Assembly: GCA_973895155.1 (NCBI GenBank)
Contig: OZ316899.1
Coordinates: 6,327,241 to 6,391,240 of the forward strand
DNA length: 64,000 bases
Reading direction: 5' to 3'
From: Marsupella aquatica
Lineage: Eukaryota; Plantae; Marchantiophyta
In this document: piece by piece, positions 49,833-61,386 of the stretch
Layout of the letters: each line of letters opens with the position of its first letter
Position numbering within the stretch: position 1 is the stretch's first letter
Notes under the pieces: generated by a model
Databases searched by the model: none
Told to the model about the DNA's origin: nothing
The model's input: the letters and a program-made list of their open reading frames with translations, nothing else
Made by a program: the position numbers and the translations under genes

Positions 49833-51660
49833 GCAGGGGTAGGGGTAAATTGGGGCACCCTCCTTGATTGCTTTGCCGCACCCTCTAAGGGCACAGACGC
49901 CTCATAATCATCTCCCTCCTCTCCCTCGCCATCCTCTCCTTCTTCACCATCACCCTCCTCCTCACCCTCACCCTCCTCACTCTCGCCCTCCTCTCCCTCA
50001 TCAAACCCTGTCTCCTCATCCTGCACAATACATAAGTAGGGTTAAATTGCATTTGAAAACATAGTTCCTTGAAAGCTCTCTAATATTGACTACAACCAAA
50101 AACAATTTGAATCTATATAGGGCCAATTCAACACCAATTACCTCTCCCAGCTCCTCCTCAAGGTGGAGCTTAAGAACTCGGGGTCCATCCCTCTTTGCTA
50201 ACTCCCTCTCTGACGGCCCAATAGGTCGACCCCAGTCCTGCTCCTACCACATCACAATACCAAACGAGAAACCCATTAGCATGAAAACTAGTCTTTGCAT
50301 TGGCCCAACTTTTCCCAATTCTTGTAAGGGGTCCCATGCCTTCTTAGGGTACTGAAGAATGCAAACCCCTACCCCTACCGTACTCCTAAAGTGGAATTGA
50401 GTGAAAAAGCAACATTTAAAAAAACTCGTTGTTCTTACGAAGGGTCCGATGCCGCTTCCGATACTTAAAGCAATGGAACAGTATCGGATCCCGGTAACCC
50501 TAAATGGCATAACAATAGGTCCGATACTAGGTCCGATGCTAAAAGCTTTGGATGAGTATCGGACAGAACAGTCCCGAGAGCAAAAAACATCGGGCTGAAA
50601 TGGCATAAAGGCATTCGGTAGCAGAAATTGAGTCACTCTTTGCAAGAGAAGGTCAGGTGGTCGGGGGGAGGAGCTAGGGAGGAGGGAGAAGGCACTTACG
50701 AACTCTGCTTTCAGTCGATTGGAGCCTCCTTGCCCCATGCGGTGAGTGAAGATGGGCCACCCTTGGACTCGCTCCAATGCTTTGATGATGTCTTTGGGTG
50801 GCTCTTTTAATCGTACTGCTTGAGCTCCCCACTGCAGTAGGTTCTGTTGGAGGGGGAGGATGTCAATTTCCTCCCCAACCTTCCGCTTCTCCTCTGCCAA
50901 GCTGATTTTGTGGTCCCACTTTCTCTTTTTTTTGCCAGGCTCGGATTGCTAATTCCTCCTCAAGCCAAGCTGCCCACTCATCTGGGGAGAGCACATCTGG
51001 ACAGCCCTGCTCCCTGATCACCTCTAAATCAATCGTCAAATCAGCAAGGTACTTCCTGAACTTCTCTCTTTAATGATTTTGCATGTCTGAAAGTGAAGCT
51101 GATATCCTCTTATTCAAGAACCTGTCATCAAGGTAGGCCCCATTCTTGAATCGCTCCTTCACTTGCTCTCAAATTCAACCTTTCTCCTCCTTAGTCTTCC
51201 TTCCCTAGTAATCTAATGGCCCCAAATTGGCCTTCACCACCTGCTTGAACTGGCTGCAGAAGAGATTGTATCCTCTTGGCATTGGGGAGCCACCTGAGTT
51301 TAGGGCTAGCTCAGGCCTCAGAGCTCTCTCAGCTTCCTTTCGCTTTAGCTCCTCCACTCTCTTCTTCTCAGCCTCCTTAGCTGCCTTGCGAAGCTTCCTC
51401 TCTCTTTTTCGGGGAGAGAGGGATTCCTCACCATCTTCCCTGCCTCTCTCTGCCTCCTTTCGCTTCTTCTTTGTAGCTTTCTCTGCAGCAATGGTTGCAG
51501 TCGCAGCTTTCTCTGCCTCAATCTTGGATCCATCAATCAAGGTCTGAAGAAGTGGCACAACTCTCTTTGCATCCTCAACACTTAGCCTTGCCCTACTCAT
51601 AAAAATCTCCCTCATACTCATCATAGGGCCGAGAGGGTCCAGCCCCGTCCCCACCACCTG
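49833..51660 (-). pseudogene. 5' exons of a probable CACTA accessory gene, divergent from the transposase
   Basis: ORF 51205-51657 (K/E/R-rich), decayed continuation to about 50760, acidic exon 49833-50026; interspersed TCCGAT clusters. No domain confidently recognised. Confidence 0.5.
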
Positions 51661-53024
51661 ATCCTCCTCCCACCATGTATCTCTCCTTGTCCACCAACGT
51701 CTACCTGAGCCTCTCGGCCTCGCAAAACACGGAATGCAAAGCTCGGCCCGATGCCCAGATCTTCACATCTGCATCGGGACTTATTTTTTGAAAACAGGTC
51801 TGTCGTTTCTGATACTTTATGCAATGCAATGTCCGAAGTCAAAAGCATTGGACCTACAATCGGACCTTCCAATTGGTTTTGCTTTGGACCCCTCCTTGCT
51901 TTTCTTTCTCCTGCTTTTACAATGTTGCTTCTGTTTGTTTTAGTATCGGACCCCTCGATCAGCTATAACGGATTCCATGTTTTGGTCCCATAGGAGGTCA
52001 AATCTATTTACTTTGGGTTTAGTTTGGGTGTTTGGGTTTGTATGTGGAGCATGGAATTAAGTAATGGGGTGGGGTAATAGAAGGGAGTGTTGTAATCACT
52101 TTTTGGTGGTCGTTTTTGAATATATCAGGTTTTTTTAGGTAACACCGTGAACGGGATGGCATATTGTGTATATGTTACCCGACCTCTTGCAAGTTCCTTC
52201 TTCGCAACTACAATTTTGGGGTTAGTTCATGACTTTGTATTTCCTAAGATAACTGAAATATGGTTGTGATTGCATGCTTGATTTATTGCACCCTAATTTT
52301 ATAAAGCTAAGCTGTATAGTAATGTTATTATAGGGCCTTAACTTGCTCAACATTCAGTGATGGATGCAAGGATAAGTCAAGGTGTTTTGGCTAGTAACTG
52401 GTACCTAGATTTACTCTTTTACTATAATTGATCCCAATTCTCTTTGAAGGACTTTAGGGCTTTGAGGGGTTTTGGGATTTATCGGTATAGGGTTTTAATA
52501 CATAGGATATTGTTAGACATTTTTTGAGGATAATGTTAAGCCTTTGTTACGCTAATGGTTGTGATTGGATTTTATGTGCAGTACCTAGGTTTTGATCGAG
52601 GGGTAGCTAGGTTTGTTTTTTTGGGTTGAGGGGGGTAGCTAGGTAGGGTTTTGTTCTTGGACAATGCACTATGCACAGTGTGAGACCGCGCATCCATGAG
52701 GTATGATGTAATTCCCCGGCCCATCCATCCATTTTCGATTGGAACATTGAGGCCTGCTTTGGCAAGTTTGATATATCGTGTGCCAAAAGTCAGTCAAGTA
52801 CTGTTTTGCATTTATGCAGCATTTGTGTAACCATATTCATCTCCACCCTGCAGAGATTTTGGATATCCCACACCTTGTGTGTAGAGAATACAGCCCAGTA
52901 GGCACGGCAAAGCGCGGGTATCATTGAGGTAGGGCAATTGATGTTTATATATCTCTTTAATTGTGGGTTTAAACATGATAAGTTGTTGAATCCGCCTTAC
53001 ATGTTGGATGTGTATGATATGTAG

Positions 53025-53255
53025 ATGTCTACATCCAATAGTTCCACGTCGGATTCAGACTCAGACACGAGGTCGTCAGAGGGGGAGGTTCCTCCACCCC
53101 CTCCTCTTGAGCGTCCTCGTGCTCCACGAGGGCCCATACCTTGCTGGTGTGTGAGATGCAAGGGACTTGTGGTCCGACATTCCTGGGAGACGTGTGAGCA
53201 CATTGAGAACTATGGCCGTCATGAGGGTGATACGCCAGGGTACTTGCCTAGCCAA
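53025..53255 (+). CDS. CACTA transposase-associated Zn-binding exon
   Basis: IPCWCVRCKG...ETCEHIENYG resembles the CxCxxC...H...G transposase-associated domain; phase-0 GT donor at 53256. Confidence 0.65.
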
Positions 53256-53568
53256 GTAATATACATGTCTCCCCTTTAATTCCATTCATGAAACTCCAAT
53301 TGGGCTTGCATTTAAATAACACTAATTTATTGTGTGCTGAAGTAGGTGCCCCGTAGACCCCCACCTCCTTTGGTTGATGAGGCTGTGTGGCTAGAAGGAT
53401 TCCTAGCAAAGGCTAGAGACTTGCTTGCAGCCCCCCTGCCCATCCTCCTCTTAGCCCCCCATACATGAGCATGTACAGGGAGAACCAGTATCTCGGCCAG
53501 AGGTTGGGACTTCAAGAGTCCTACGTACACAAGCACGGTCTCATAGACGTAGACGGCAGTACGAGTCT

Positions 53569-54276
53569 GTGGACCACATAGACATCAGAGAGGGGGTGTT
53601 AGGTAGTGATCGTCCTCCAACAAATGTAGATTACATTGGCATTGAGGGCCGATTTGGAGTATCCTATCTCACTGGCAGGGCTGCAGACGTTTTGAAAGAC
53701 TTTTCTCCCAGTGTCTTCAAATTTCCAGATTACATTCCTATTGATGAACCTGTGGAGATATGGGGCCGTCCTTGGATAGTGAAGGAGTCCTCTATTGGTG
53801 CTAATATAGGATATGGTCTATATGCTTTGGAAGACATTGTTGTCCCTCCAAAGCCATGGAGACGTGGCTACGATGGAGAGCACCTTCTCCCTTATATTGG
53901 GGTTGTATATAACGCAAAGAGTTGGAACATTTTGTTGCGTCAACACCCAAGTTGGGGGGTGTATGCATTGAGGATGGACTCAGACCCAGACGAGGTGTTC
54001 ACTAGGCCGTGGCATTGTTGGATGATTGATGGTGACCCCGTTAGGAATGGAAATTTTGCAGGATACATCAATAGTACCATAGGTAGAGGTAGAGATTTGG
54101 AGGATAATGTAGAGTGGATCCAAATGTTTGGTCCACCTAGAGACCCATATTTTGTGAAACATATGGATGACCACATCATGACAGTGGCCATTAGGACCAT
54201 TAGAGTGGGAGAGGAGTTATTGTGTGATTATGACTGGGATGCACCAAAATTGTCTCTACGTTCTCGTCCAACTTAG
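53569..54276 (+). CDS. SET-domain protein (putative lysine methyltransferase) inside the CACTA element
   Basis: SET motifs in order: VKESSI..IGYGLYALEDI, PYIGVV, YAL, IDGDP...NFAGYINS...NVEW, VAIRTIRVGEELLCDY. Confidence 0.85.
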   Translation: MDHIDIREGVLGSDRPPTNVDYIGIEGRFGVSYLTGRAADVLKDFSPSVFKFPDYIPIDEPVEIWGRPWIVKESSIGANIGYGLYALEDIVVPPKPWRRGYDGEHLLPYIGVVYNAKSWNILLRQHPSWGVYALRMDSDPDEVFTRPWHCWMIDGDPVRNGNFAGYINSTIGRGRDLEDNVEWIQMFGPPRDPYFVKHMDDHIMTVAIRTIRVGEELLCDYDWDAPKLSLRSRPT

Positions 54277-54391
54277 TTTCTTGGGCTTACATATATATAT
54301 CTCTGAAATTTATTTTCCATTTCTAATGTTGGATTAATGAGATTGTTGGCAAGATTGATGTTGATGACATTACATGGACGTTGTATGATAG

Positions 54392-55910
54392 AACCAATAT
54401 GCAGTGCCTGATATTGGGGTAATATCACAAGCTATGCGGCAACACCTTGTTGAGGCCATGGTGGCCAATCGTGGGGAGGAGACTGAGGTACAGCATGAGG
54501 GGGGAAATCCAACCGAAGATGATGTTGACGAGGAGAGGGCCATGGATGAGCTCCTGGATGACAATGATGTAGACATTGGTATGGAGGACATGGGTAGCCA
54601 AGATGACAACAACACTCATCCGCATGTCTCTAGGGGGGGCAGCAGAAGGAATGGGAAGAGGCTCAATGTCATGCTCGTACTCGCATATTTGAGGGGAGTA
54701 GGCTATCTCGGCTCTCAGCAATAATGTTGTTGTTGAATGTGCAACAAAGACATGGGGCAAGCAACCTACTTTTGGATGACATTTTTTGTACCCTACATGA
54801 TCGTATTTTACCACCAGGCAACAACATGCCAAGCTCTTGGAAGGAGGCTAAACAGGTGTTGAAGTCCATTGGCCTAAAATATGAAGTGATACATGCATGT
54901 GTGAATGATTGCATTCTTTTCAGGGGTGAGCATGAGAATGCAATTATATGTCCTATGTGTGAGAAGCTGCGGTTCCATGATGACATGTTGACGGGGAAGG
55001 TGCCTCAAAAGGTTATGCGGTACTTTCCTCTCATCCCTCAATTGCGCCATCAATATCGTTGTGCAGAGTTGGTTGAGTATATGGTCTGGCACTCACAACA
55101 TCGTTCAGATATGGGTATAGACTCTAGTACCATGCGGATGATGGTAGACTCTCCTGCCAATCGATTTGTAGAGGGCAGATGGGGTGAGTTCAAAACTGAC
55201 CCGCGACATGTTCGACTTGGCTTGGCAGCAGATGGTATCAGTCCTTTTGCATTAGCAGGTAAAGCTAAGCCTATAGTTCTCACAAACTACAATATCCCTC
55301 CATGGATGGCCATGAAGAAAGGTCATCTACTACTCTCAATGATCATCCCTGGTCCTAAGCAAGTAAAAAAGATTGATATTTACTTGCAACCCTTGATTGA
55401 TGAGCTTTTGAAACTTTGGAGAGGGGTGGATTGTTATGACGGAAGTGACAACACTGGAGGTTTATCCCGCACATTTACCATGAAGGCCATTCTTATGTGG
55501 ACCATGCATGATTTTCCAGGTAGGGTATTAAACCCTTATTTCCATTGCTATCTGTTTACACCCTGCTTATTAATTAATTTTGTTTGGTTAAATATTGTAT
55601 CATTTAACTTACTTTCATTGGCTGGTTGTGTATTGATCAAGCGCAGGTTTGGATATATCTCTGGATTGCAAACATCAGGCTATAGAGCTTGCCCTTCGTG
55701 CGGACCAGATTTGGAGGGTGTGGCAAGACGCAAGTCAAGTACTTTGCGTAAGATAGTTTACATTGGCCATACCAAATATCTTCCAGAAGACCATCCTTGG
55801 AGGAGTGATCATTTCTTGTATGATACTAAAGATGGCTAACCCGATACTTGTCCTCAACCTCAGCGAAAGGGTCCAACATATTGGAGAGAGGTATGGGAAG
55901 GGTATAGCCA
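54392..55910 (+). pseudogene. CACTA/En-Spm transposase (Transposase_21/Tnp2), 3'-interrupted
   Basis: HACVNDCILF...CPMC, RYFPLIPQL, DPRHVRLGLAADGISPF, NIPPW, IIPGPKQ..IDIYLQPLIDELLKLW, LMWTMHDFPG, ACPSC, LPEDHPWR; probable intron at about 55520-55646. Confidence 0.93.
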
Positions 55911-56537
55911 CCGAGACAGGAAACAGGAAAACAGGAATTCTGGTAGCAGTTTTTTTTGTTGTTATCAGGAATATGTTGCTGTTACCAGGAAAAGTTAGTC
56001 ATTGGAACAGGATAATACTTCATTACTTCAAGCCTGATACATCTGAAAAAAAGCAATATGCATTGGGCTTCATTTACATTCTAGAGCTTAGAACCAACTA
56101 ACACGGCAACAATTGTTGTCTGAAGATAAGTGAGTCCGGAATCACCACAGACACACAACCATTAACCAGTGAATGTCACGGGAAAAAACATTGACATGGT
56201 AGGTCCCACCATAAGTAACATAATATTATAGGCCAACAATAAGGCAAAAAATCACAAATGAAAACTCCAGACAATTTGAAACACCACCAATGATGGGCTA
56301 GCGCCTGGCGCTAGCTAAAATGGAAACAACCAACACATTTAGAAAATGACATTGGATGAATGCAGAATGTGGGAAACAAAAATTTTAAATATCATTTGTA
56401 GTGATAGGATTACAATGAAGTAAATGGTAATAAGGAAGACTTCCATCCCAGCGCAAGGCGCTAACACAAAACTATACCGTTGTAATACGACAAAAACTAA
56501 TATAACCGTTTCGAGTATAGGACAAATATATCCTTCT

Positions 56538-59500
56538 CTATAAACCATGAGCATTCTCCCTTTCCAAGATCAGTCGGACTTCTCCAACTGTGAGAATTGG
56601 TTGGCTGGTCAAAGTAGATTCCTCAACGTCTAGTTTGAAAACGTTCTGGAAAACCCAGTACAAATGTTTGCAAGGCATATATGGATGTCTGCGAGAATGT
56701 CGACGATAGAAATCCTCACAAGAACAAGTCAGGAAAATACAAATCTGCACAAAGTAACTATTCGGCGTCCTTAGATTCTCATGTGTTTGTACTTTGAATT
56801 GCTTCCCCATGAGTTCCCAATAGAAACATCCCACTGTCCCTGGACGGACATGGTCTCTTTTCTTGCAGATTCAATCCTCTTCATGTGACCATGGATCAAG
56901 GTCGATCGAGGAACCGTGTTCTTTCCATTCCGACTCCGGAAACGAACAGTGGGTTCCAGAAGATTGACTCTCTCTGGAAATAAGTTTACATTGATTCGAA
57001 GCTCGAAAAGTGATGGTGGAGGTAGAGGACCGTCTCTTCCTTGGGCTATAGGTATTCCCTGGTCAACAAGATACTTCATCTAAGCTTCTGAAACATTTGT
57101 TCCTTTTATAACAAGAAGAACATCGGGAAAGGAGGGCAGGTTTACTACACCACGGCGGGGACGGCTCCAATAACATGTGTTGTTTGGGCAGAACCAAATC
57201 ATTTCGGCTATGGGTTCCCCCCTGAACATGCATTGTCCTTTGACAACAATGCCGATGACACCGTTTGATGAGGGGAACCCAACTTTCTTCACTCTATTTC
57301 GACACTCATCTCTCTCAGAACTACCGCCAAATGACGCGTTGCACTGTGGACCGGCCCCAAATCTTGATGTCCGACGCAGATGCCATGAACCTTGCATGAC
57401 TTCTATTTCAAGAACTGGAGATTGGAGCGATGTCTGTTGAAGTACAGTGGGAGCGCTTTGTGGGTATTGTGTTGAACGTGATTGATGTCGACCCTGCGGT
57501 GTACTGAAATCATCACGTTCTGCATCCCTCGAATCATCACTTCCTGAGAGATTGACAACGGAAATATCATCAGGTTTTTCTTCCGATACGAAAGCAAACA
57601 TTGTGTGGTGCAGATTTTTACGCTTGAGTGATCTGGTATTCGGCGATGTGATAAGGACTTTATCATGCCGGTGGGAGTCTTGTGGCAAGACAATCCCAGT
57701 TGCAGGTCCTTTCCTCTTGACAGACTTTGTTAGAACATCTTCGTTGAGAGGAACGCTTCTCTCCAAGTCAAACTCAGCTGCATTGGAGAGGAGCATGTTC
57801 ATCGCATCCTCGAACAGCTTTGGGGAACCTGCCTGGTCAGCTGAACGGAAATCCAGTTCCCATATTGTAGGACCTCTTCCTCTACTCAATCCTTTCCGAT
57901 ATGCAGTATAGGCTGCAACCTGAGATATAGCTCGATTCTGATCCATTTCACATGCCTCGAAGAGCCCCACTTTTTTTTTCATTACCCATGCTTTCATTCC
58001 TGCGTGAACAGACTCTGATCCGGTACAGTTAGGAATCCTAGCGCCTTCTTCAGCACTTTTGTCCTGGAACAGCAAAGCATAAACACTAGTGAGAATCTGC
58101 AAAACATACTAGCGCCAGGCGCTAGGCAGAACATTTCGACAAAACCATCAATATTATTGTGTAATCACATGTTTATGAAAATAAACAGGTCAATATTTGA
58201 GAATCAATGACATTATTTGGATTCTTTGGATGGAATGTTGAGGAATGTCATCTCAAAAATGTACTTCCACAAAGGAATCTGACTTGCATATTACTAGTGC
58301 CAGACGCTATTACCTACCAAGCGAATAAAATTTCCCCACTACCTCCAACGCACGACCCACCACGATATCCAACTCTGAAGCATTCGGAGCTTCCCAGGTA
58401 AGCAGTTACCCGACTGCCACCATAGGTCAATCTCTCTTGAAAGTCGGTAAGCCTCTACAAATGTCGGTGCGTTCCGTAATTTATCCCATAGCATTCGATG
58501 TTCCGCCTGCTTCTCTTCCAACACTCCTTCAACAGAATGGCGATGAAAAGCTTGGTAAAAATGAAAAGCGTCAGTCCTCTCCCGTTCAGGGTTTGGGTGC
58601 CCTCCAAAAAAAACATTTTGGACTGCTAACCATCCGGCTTGGGCATTGTCTGCCATGAAGCCATGAATGGTTGGATTATCTAACCCATTCTCTTTGGAAA
58701 TCTCAATCATCAATCTCCAAGCCTTCTCGAACGACGCCGTGTCCTCAGCTTTTAGCTCGCAAGTAAATATTGTACACAATGCACGGTAATTATGATCGTA
58801 AACGTGTGCGCTGGAAGTCACCCAATCCTTGGTCATTCGTTTCATGACATCGAAGCTTACCCAGGCACCTTCAAGCATCCCTCCAGGTTGCATTTGCCGC
58901 AAAAGATCCACCCCTGACCCATGGCCTTTGGAAGTCATCTTAAATATGTGAGGTCTGTCTTCTTGAGATCCTTGACCTGGAAGGATGTACCTCTGTAGAA
59001 AAGGCATGTTGATATTCTTTTGATACCAAACAAGAAAATCCAACTCTCCACGGCCTTTCTGGTCCTGCCTCACACTCCTGAAAAGAGATACAAACTTCTG
59101 TGGAGTAGAAACTACCATTAGAGACTGGAAAATCTCTGTCTCTTCGATATCTTCAATCTCACCCAGGCTCTCACACAAAGACTGTACAAAAGATCCTGTC
59201 GCTACATTTTTAATCCCGGCAGGCATCCAAGTAGGATTGCCTTCCAATTTCTTTTTAATGACATCTTCAACTACCTTTTCCGCACTTCGGGAAAATACCT
59301 TACGACAAGGATGGTTGTGGGTGCCCACATGAATCGCAAGGCAAGACATGTGACTACAGGTATCTGAGTCAAGCAGAACTTGAGGATACATATAAAACAG
59401 TCTTGCAGAGCATGCCTCTACACAAAAAGGGAGCTGTTGGCAATAATGACAAACAACTCCACCCTGGTCAATGAACGATCCAACACGGTGAGAGCCTCCA

Positions 59501-60306
59501 AGTTTTGGGGTACCAGCCCATGCCTTTGCATTCCTCCTCTTCTTTCGGCGGAAGTAGTCACAAGTTTTATTCCTGCACTCAATAAATCCAGTACAAGAGA
59601 CTTTACCAAATTCCCAGTATTTCTTGGGCTGCACGTTTGCAGTGGTAGGAAATATTCTTGTCCAGATGTAGCAATCCTTGGTTCGGTCCATGTCCCGTAG
59701 ACGGGATCCTTTTGAAAGAATTCCCGACGATGGAGGCAACTCAAACACTATGTTTCCATTGTACTTCGGAGGCAAACAAGGTACTTGTTCATGCCGGAAG
59801 TTTCCAGCCAAAATGAACCTCGAAAGTTTGCTGGACCCAGTTGACTTGAGCAGCGCGTCCATTGCACTTCTCCGGTATACAATATGGGATTGCGACAATG
59901 GCATCTCCTCTTTGACCAAGACCACGTCAGGCGCCGAAGGCTCCACAAAGGGGATCCTTGGTGGCTCCTCATCATCACTATCGGAAAGAGTAACTACATC
60001 CACCGGATCCCTCTGAGGGGATTGCCGATCTCCTTGATTTGGTTCCCGAACGACAATGGAGTAGTGCAACCCAGCATTAAGGTGCCAAAATCTCACCCCG
60101 TCATCGACATCAAAAAGTGCGACAGATTCGAAGTCATTGGCTTCCGTTCCCTCCTGAACGATTGCCTCTATGTTATTCATGCGCAAATCAAACCTTCCAC
60201 AAAGATAAACCTCACTTATTTGCCTGTACCTTTCGGCCACAGACACTGGAATGGAAACGATGTCACCGGTGGACATACGGGTAACTACGACTGACTGAGA
60301 CATCAC
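56538..60306 (-). pseudogene. MULE-type transposase: GCM-like Zn domain, DDE core and SWIM finger (intron about 58097-58317; stops at 58339 and 57080; frameshift about 56840)
   Basis: SCTGFIECRNKTC...CHYC...C...HVGTHNHP; WVSFDV, FMADNAQA..AV..VF, AFHF, W..WW..R, SESVHA; TCSCEDF...PCKHLYWV. Confidence 0.8.
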
Positions 60307-60533
60307 AGAAGCCTCGGAAGCAAATGAGCGCTGGAAAATTATGAATCAAAATTCCAACGACGAGGGCTGTTATCGATCCTGACTAATAGTTCCCTAAAGC
60401 CGTTATAATAAGACAATCCTCTGACACCATAAATGTATTTTGTCGTTATATCAACGTCATTTACGATCAACGTCATTAACAATAAATGTCATTTAGGAAG
60501 AACCCTATTGTTCTAGAAATATCAGATGATGAA

Positions 60534-60673
60534 TAGCGCCAGGCGCTATTAAAAACAATCCAAAAGTAGAGGCCCCTGAAGTGTCAATTTATGTGTAGCG
60601 CCTGGCGCTAATAATAACAATCCAAAAGTTTAGGGCCCGTCTAACGTCAATTTATGTGTAGCGCCAGGCGCTA
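60534..60673. repeat. About 62-bp tandem repeat, each unit starting with the palindrome TAGCGC-N3-GCGCTA
   Basis: Palindromes at 60534, 60596 and 60659, separated by AACAATCCAAAAGT...GGCCC...GTCAATTTATGTG. Confidence 0.9.
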
Positions 60674-61386
60674 ATAAAAGCAAATGACATAAAACAAATT
60701 CCTAAAGGAGACTCTGGATGATTAGCGCTAATATTGATATCATTCATATTATGAATGTATACAATGGTAAAAATAGAAGTAGGGGCCTTCAAAAGGCTGA
60801 AAAAGCTTTGTTTTTTGCTAGCGTCGGGCGCTAGTTTTCTTTTGTATCAGAAATATGAGAAAACCAGATTTTGGGGAAAGTAATGGCGTATTAACGCCTC
60901 TTATGGCTCTATATTGAATTCCCAACTAACATAAAAATTGAAGATTTTAGCCCTTGGAAATTACTAGCGCCGGGCGCTACTATTTGGTGAGTAAAAATGA
61001 ATTCGATATATTCTCAGGTTTTCCTTTCAACGGTCATATTCAACGGTAACTATAGGTTGCGTGACCCTGAATACATCGATCCCCTTTGGTGTTGTCGAAT
61101 AAGATAACGACATGTGTCACAGATCCAGGCCAGTGGTTCAGTTTCCTTAGCGTATATGTCATGCTCTGTGCTCTAGATTCTTCTTATTTCCCATGTTAAG
61201 TACAGTACAATTGAAGCTGTTTGACGGGTTTTTGCCATTCGCGGTACGGAAAGAGCGCGGTGGTCATTAGTACTTCCTTCGCCCTTGTGCGAGCAATGGA
61301 CCCTGCCTTATCCTCCTCTTAATGCTTTAGTGGAAACGGGCACAGAGAGGTCGTTCCCTCACAAACATCTGAGTGCTCATTTTCAG

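Noticed and set aside
52667-52680. CACTATGCACAGTG as a CACTA terminus
   Set aside because: Internal position between two genes of the element, no partner TIR or 3-bp TSD found.
58039-58045. TAGCGCC half-site inside a transposase exon
   Set aside because: Only half of the palindrome; expected by chance, so not counted.
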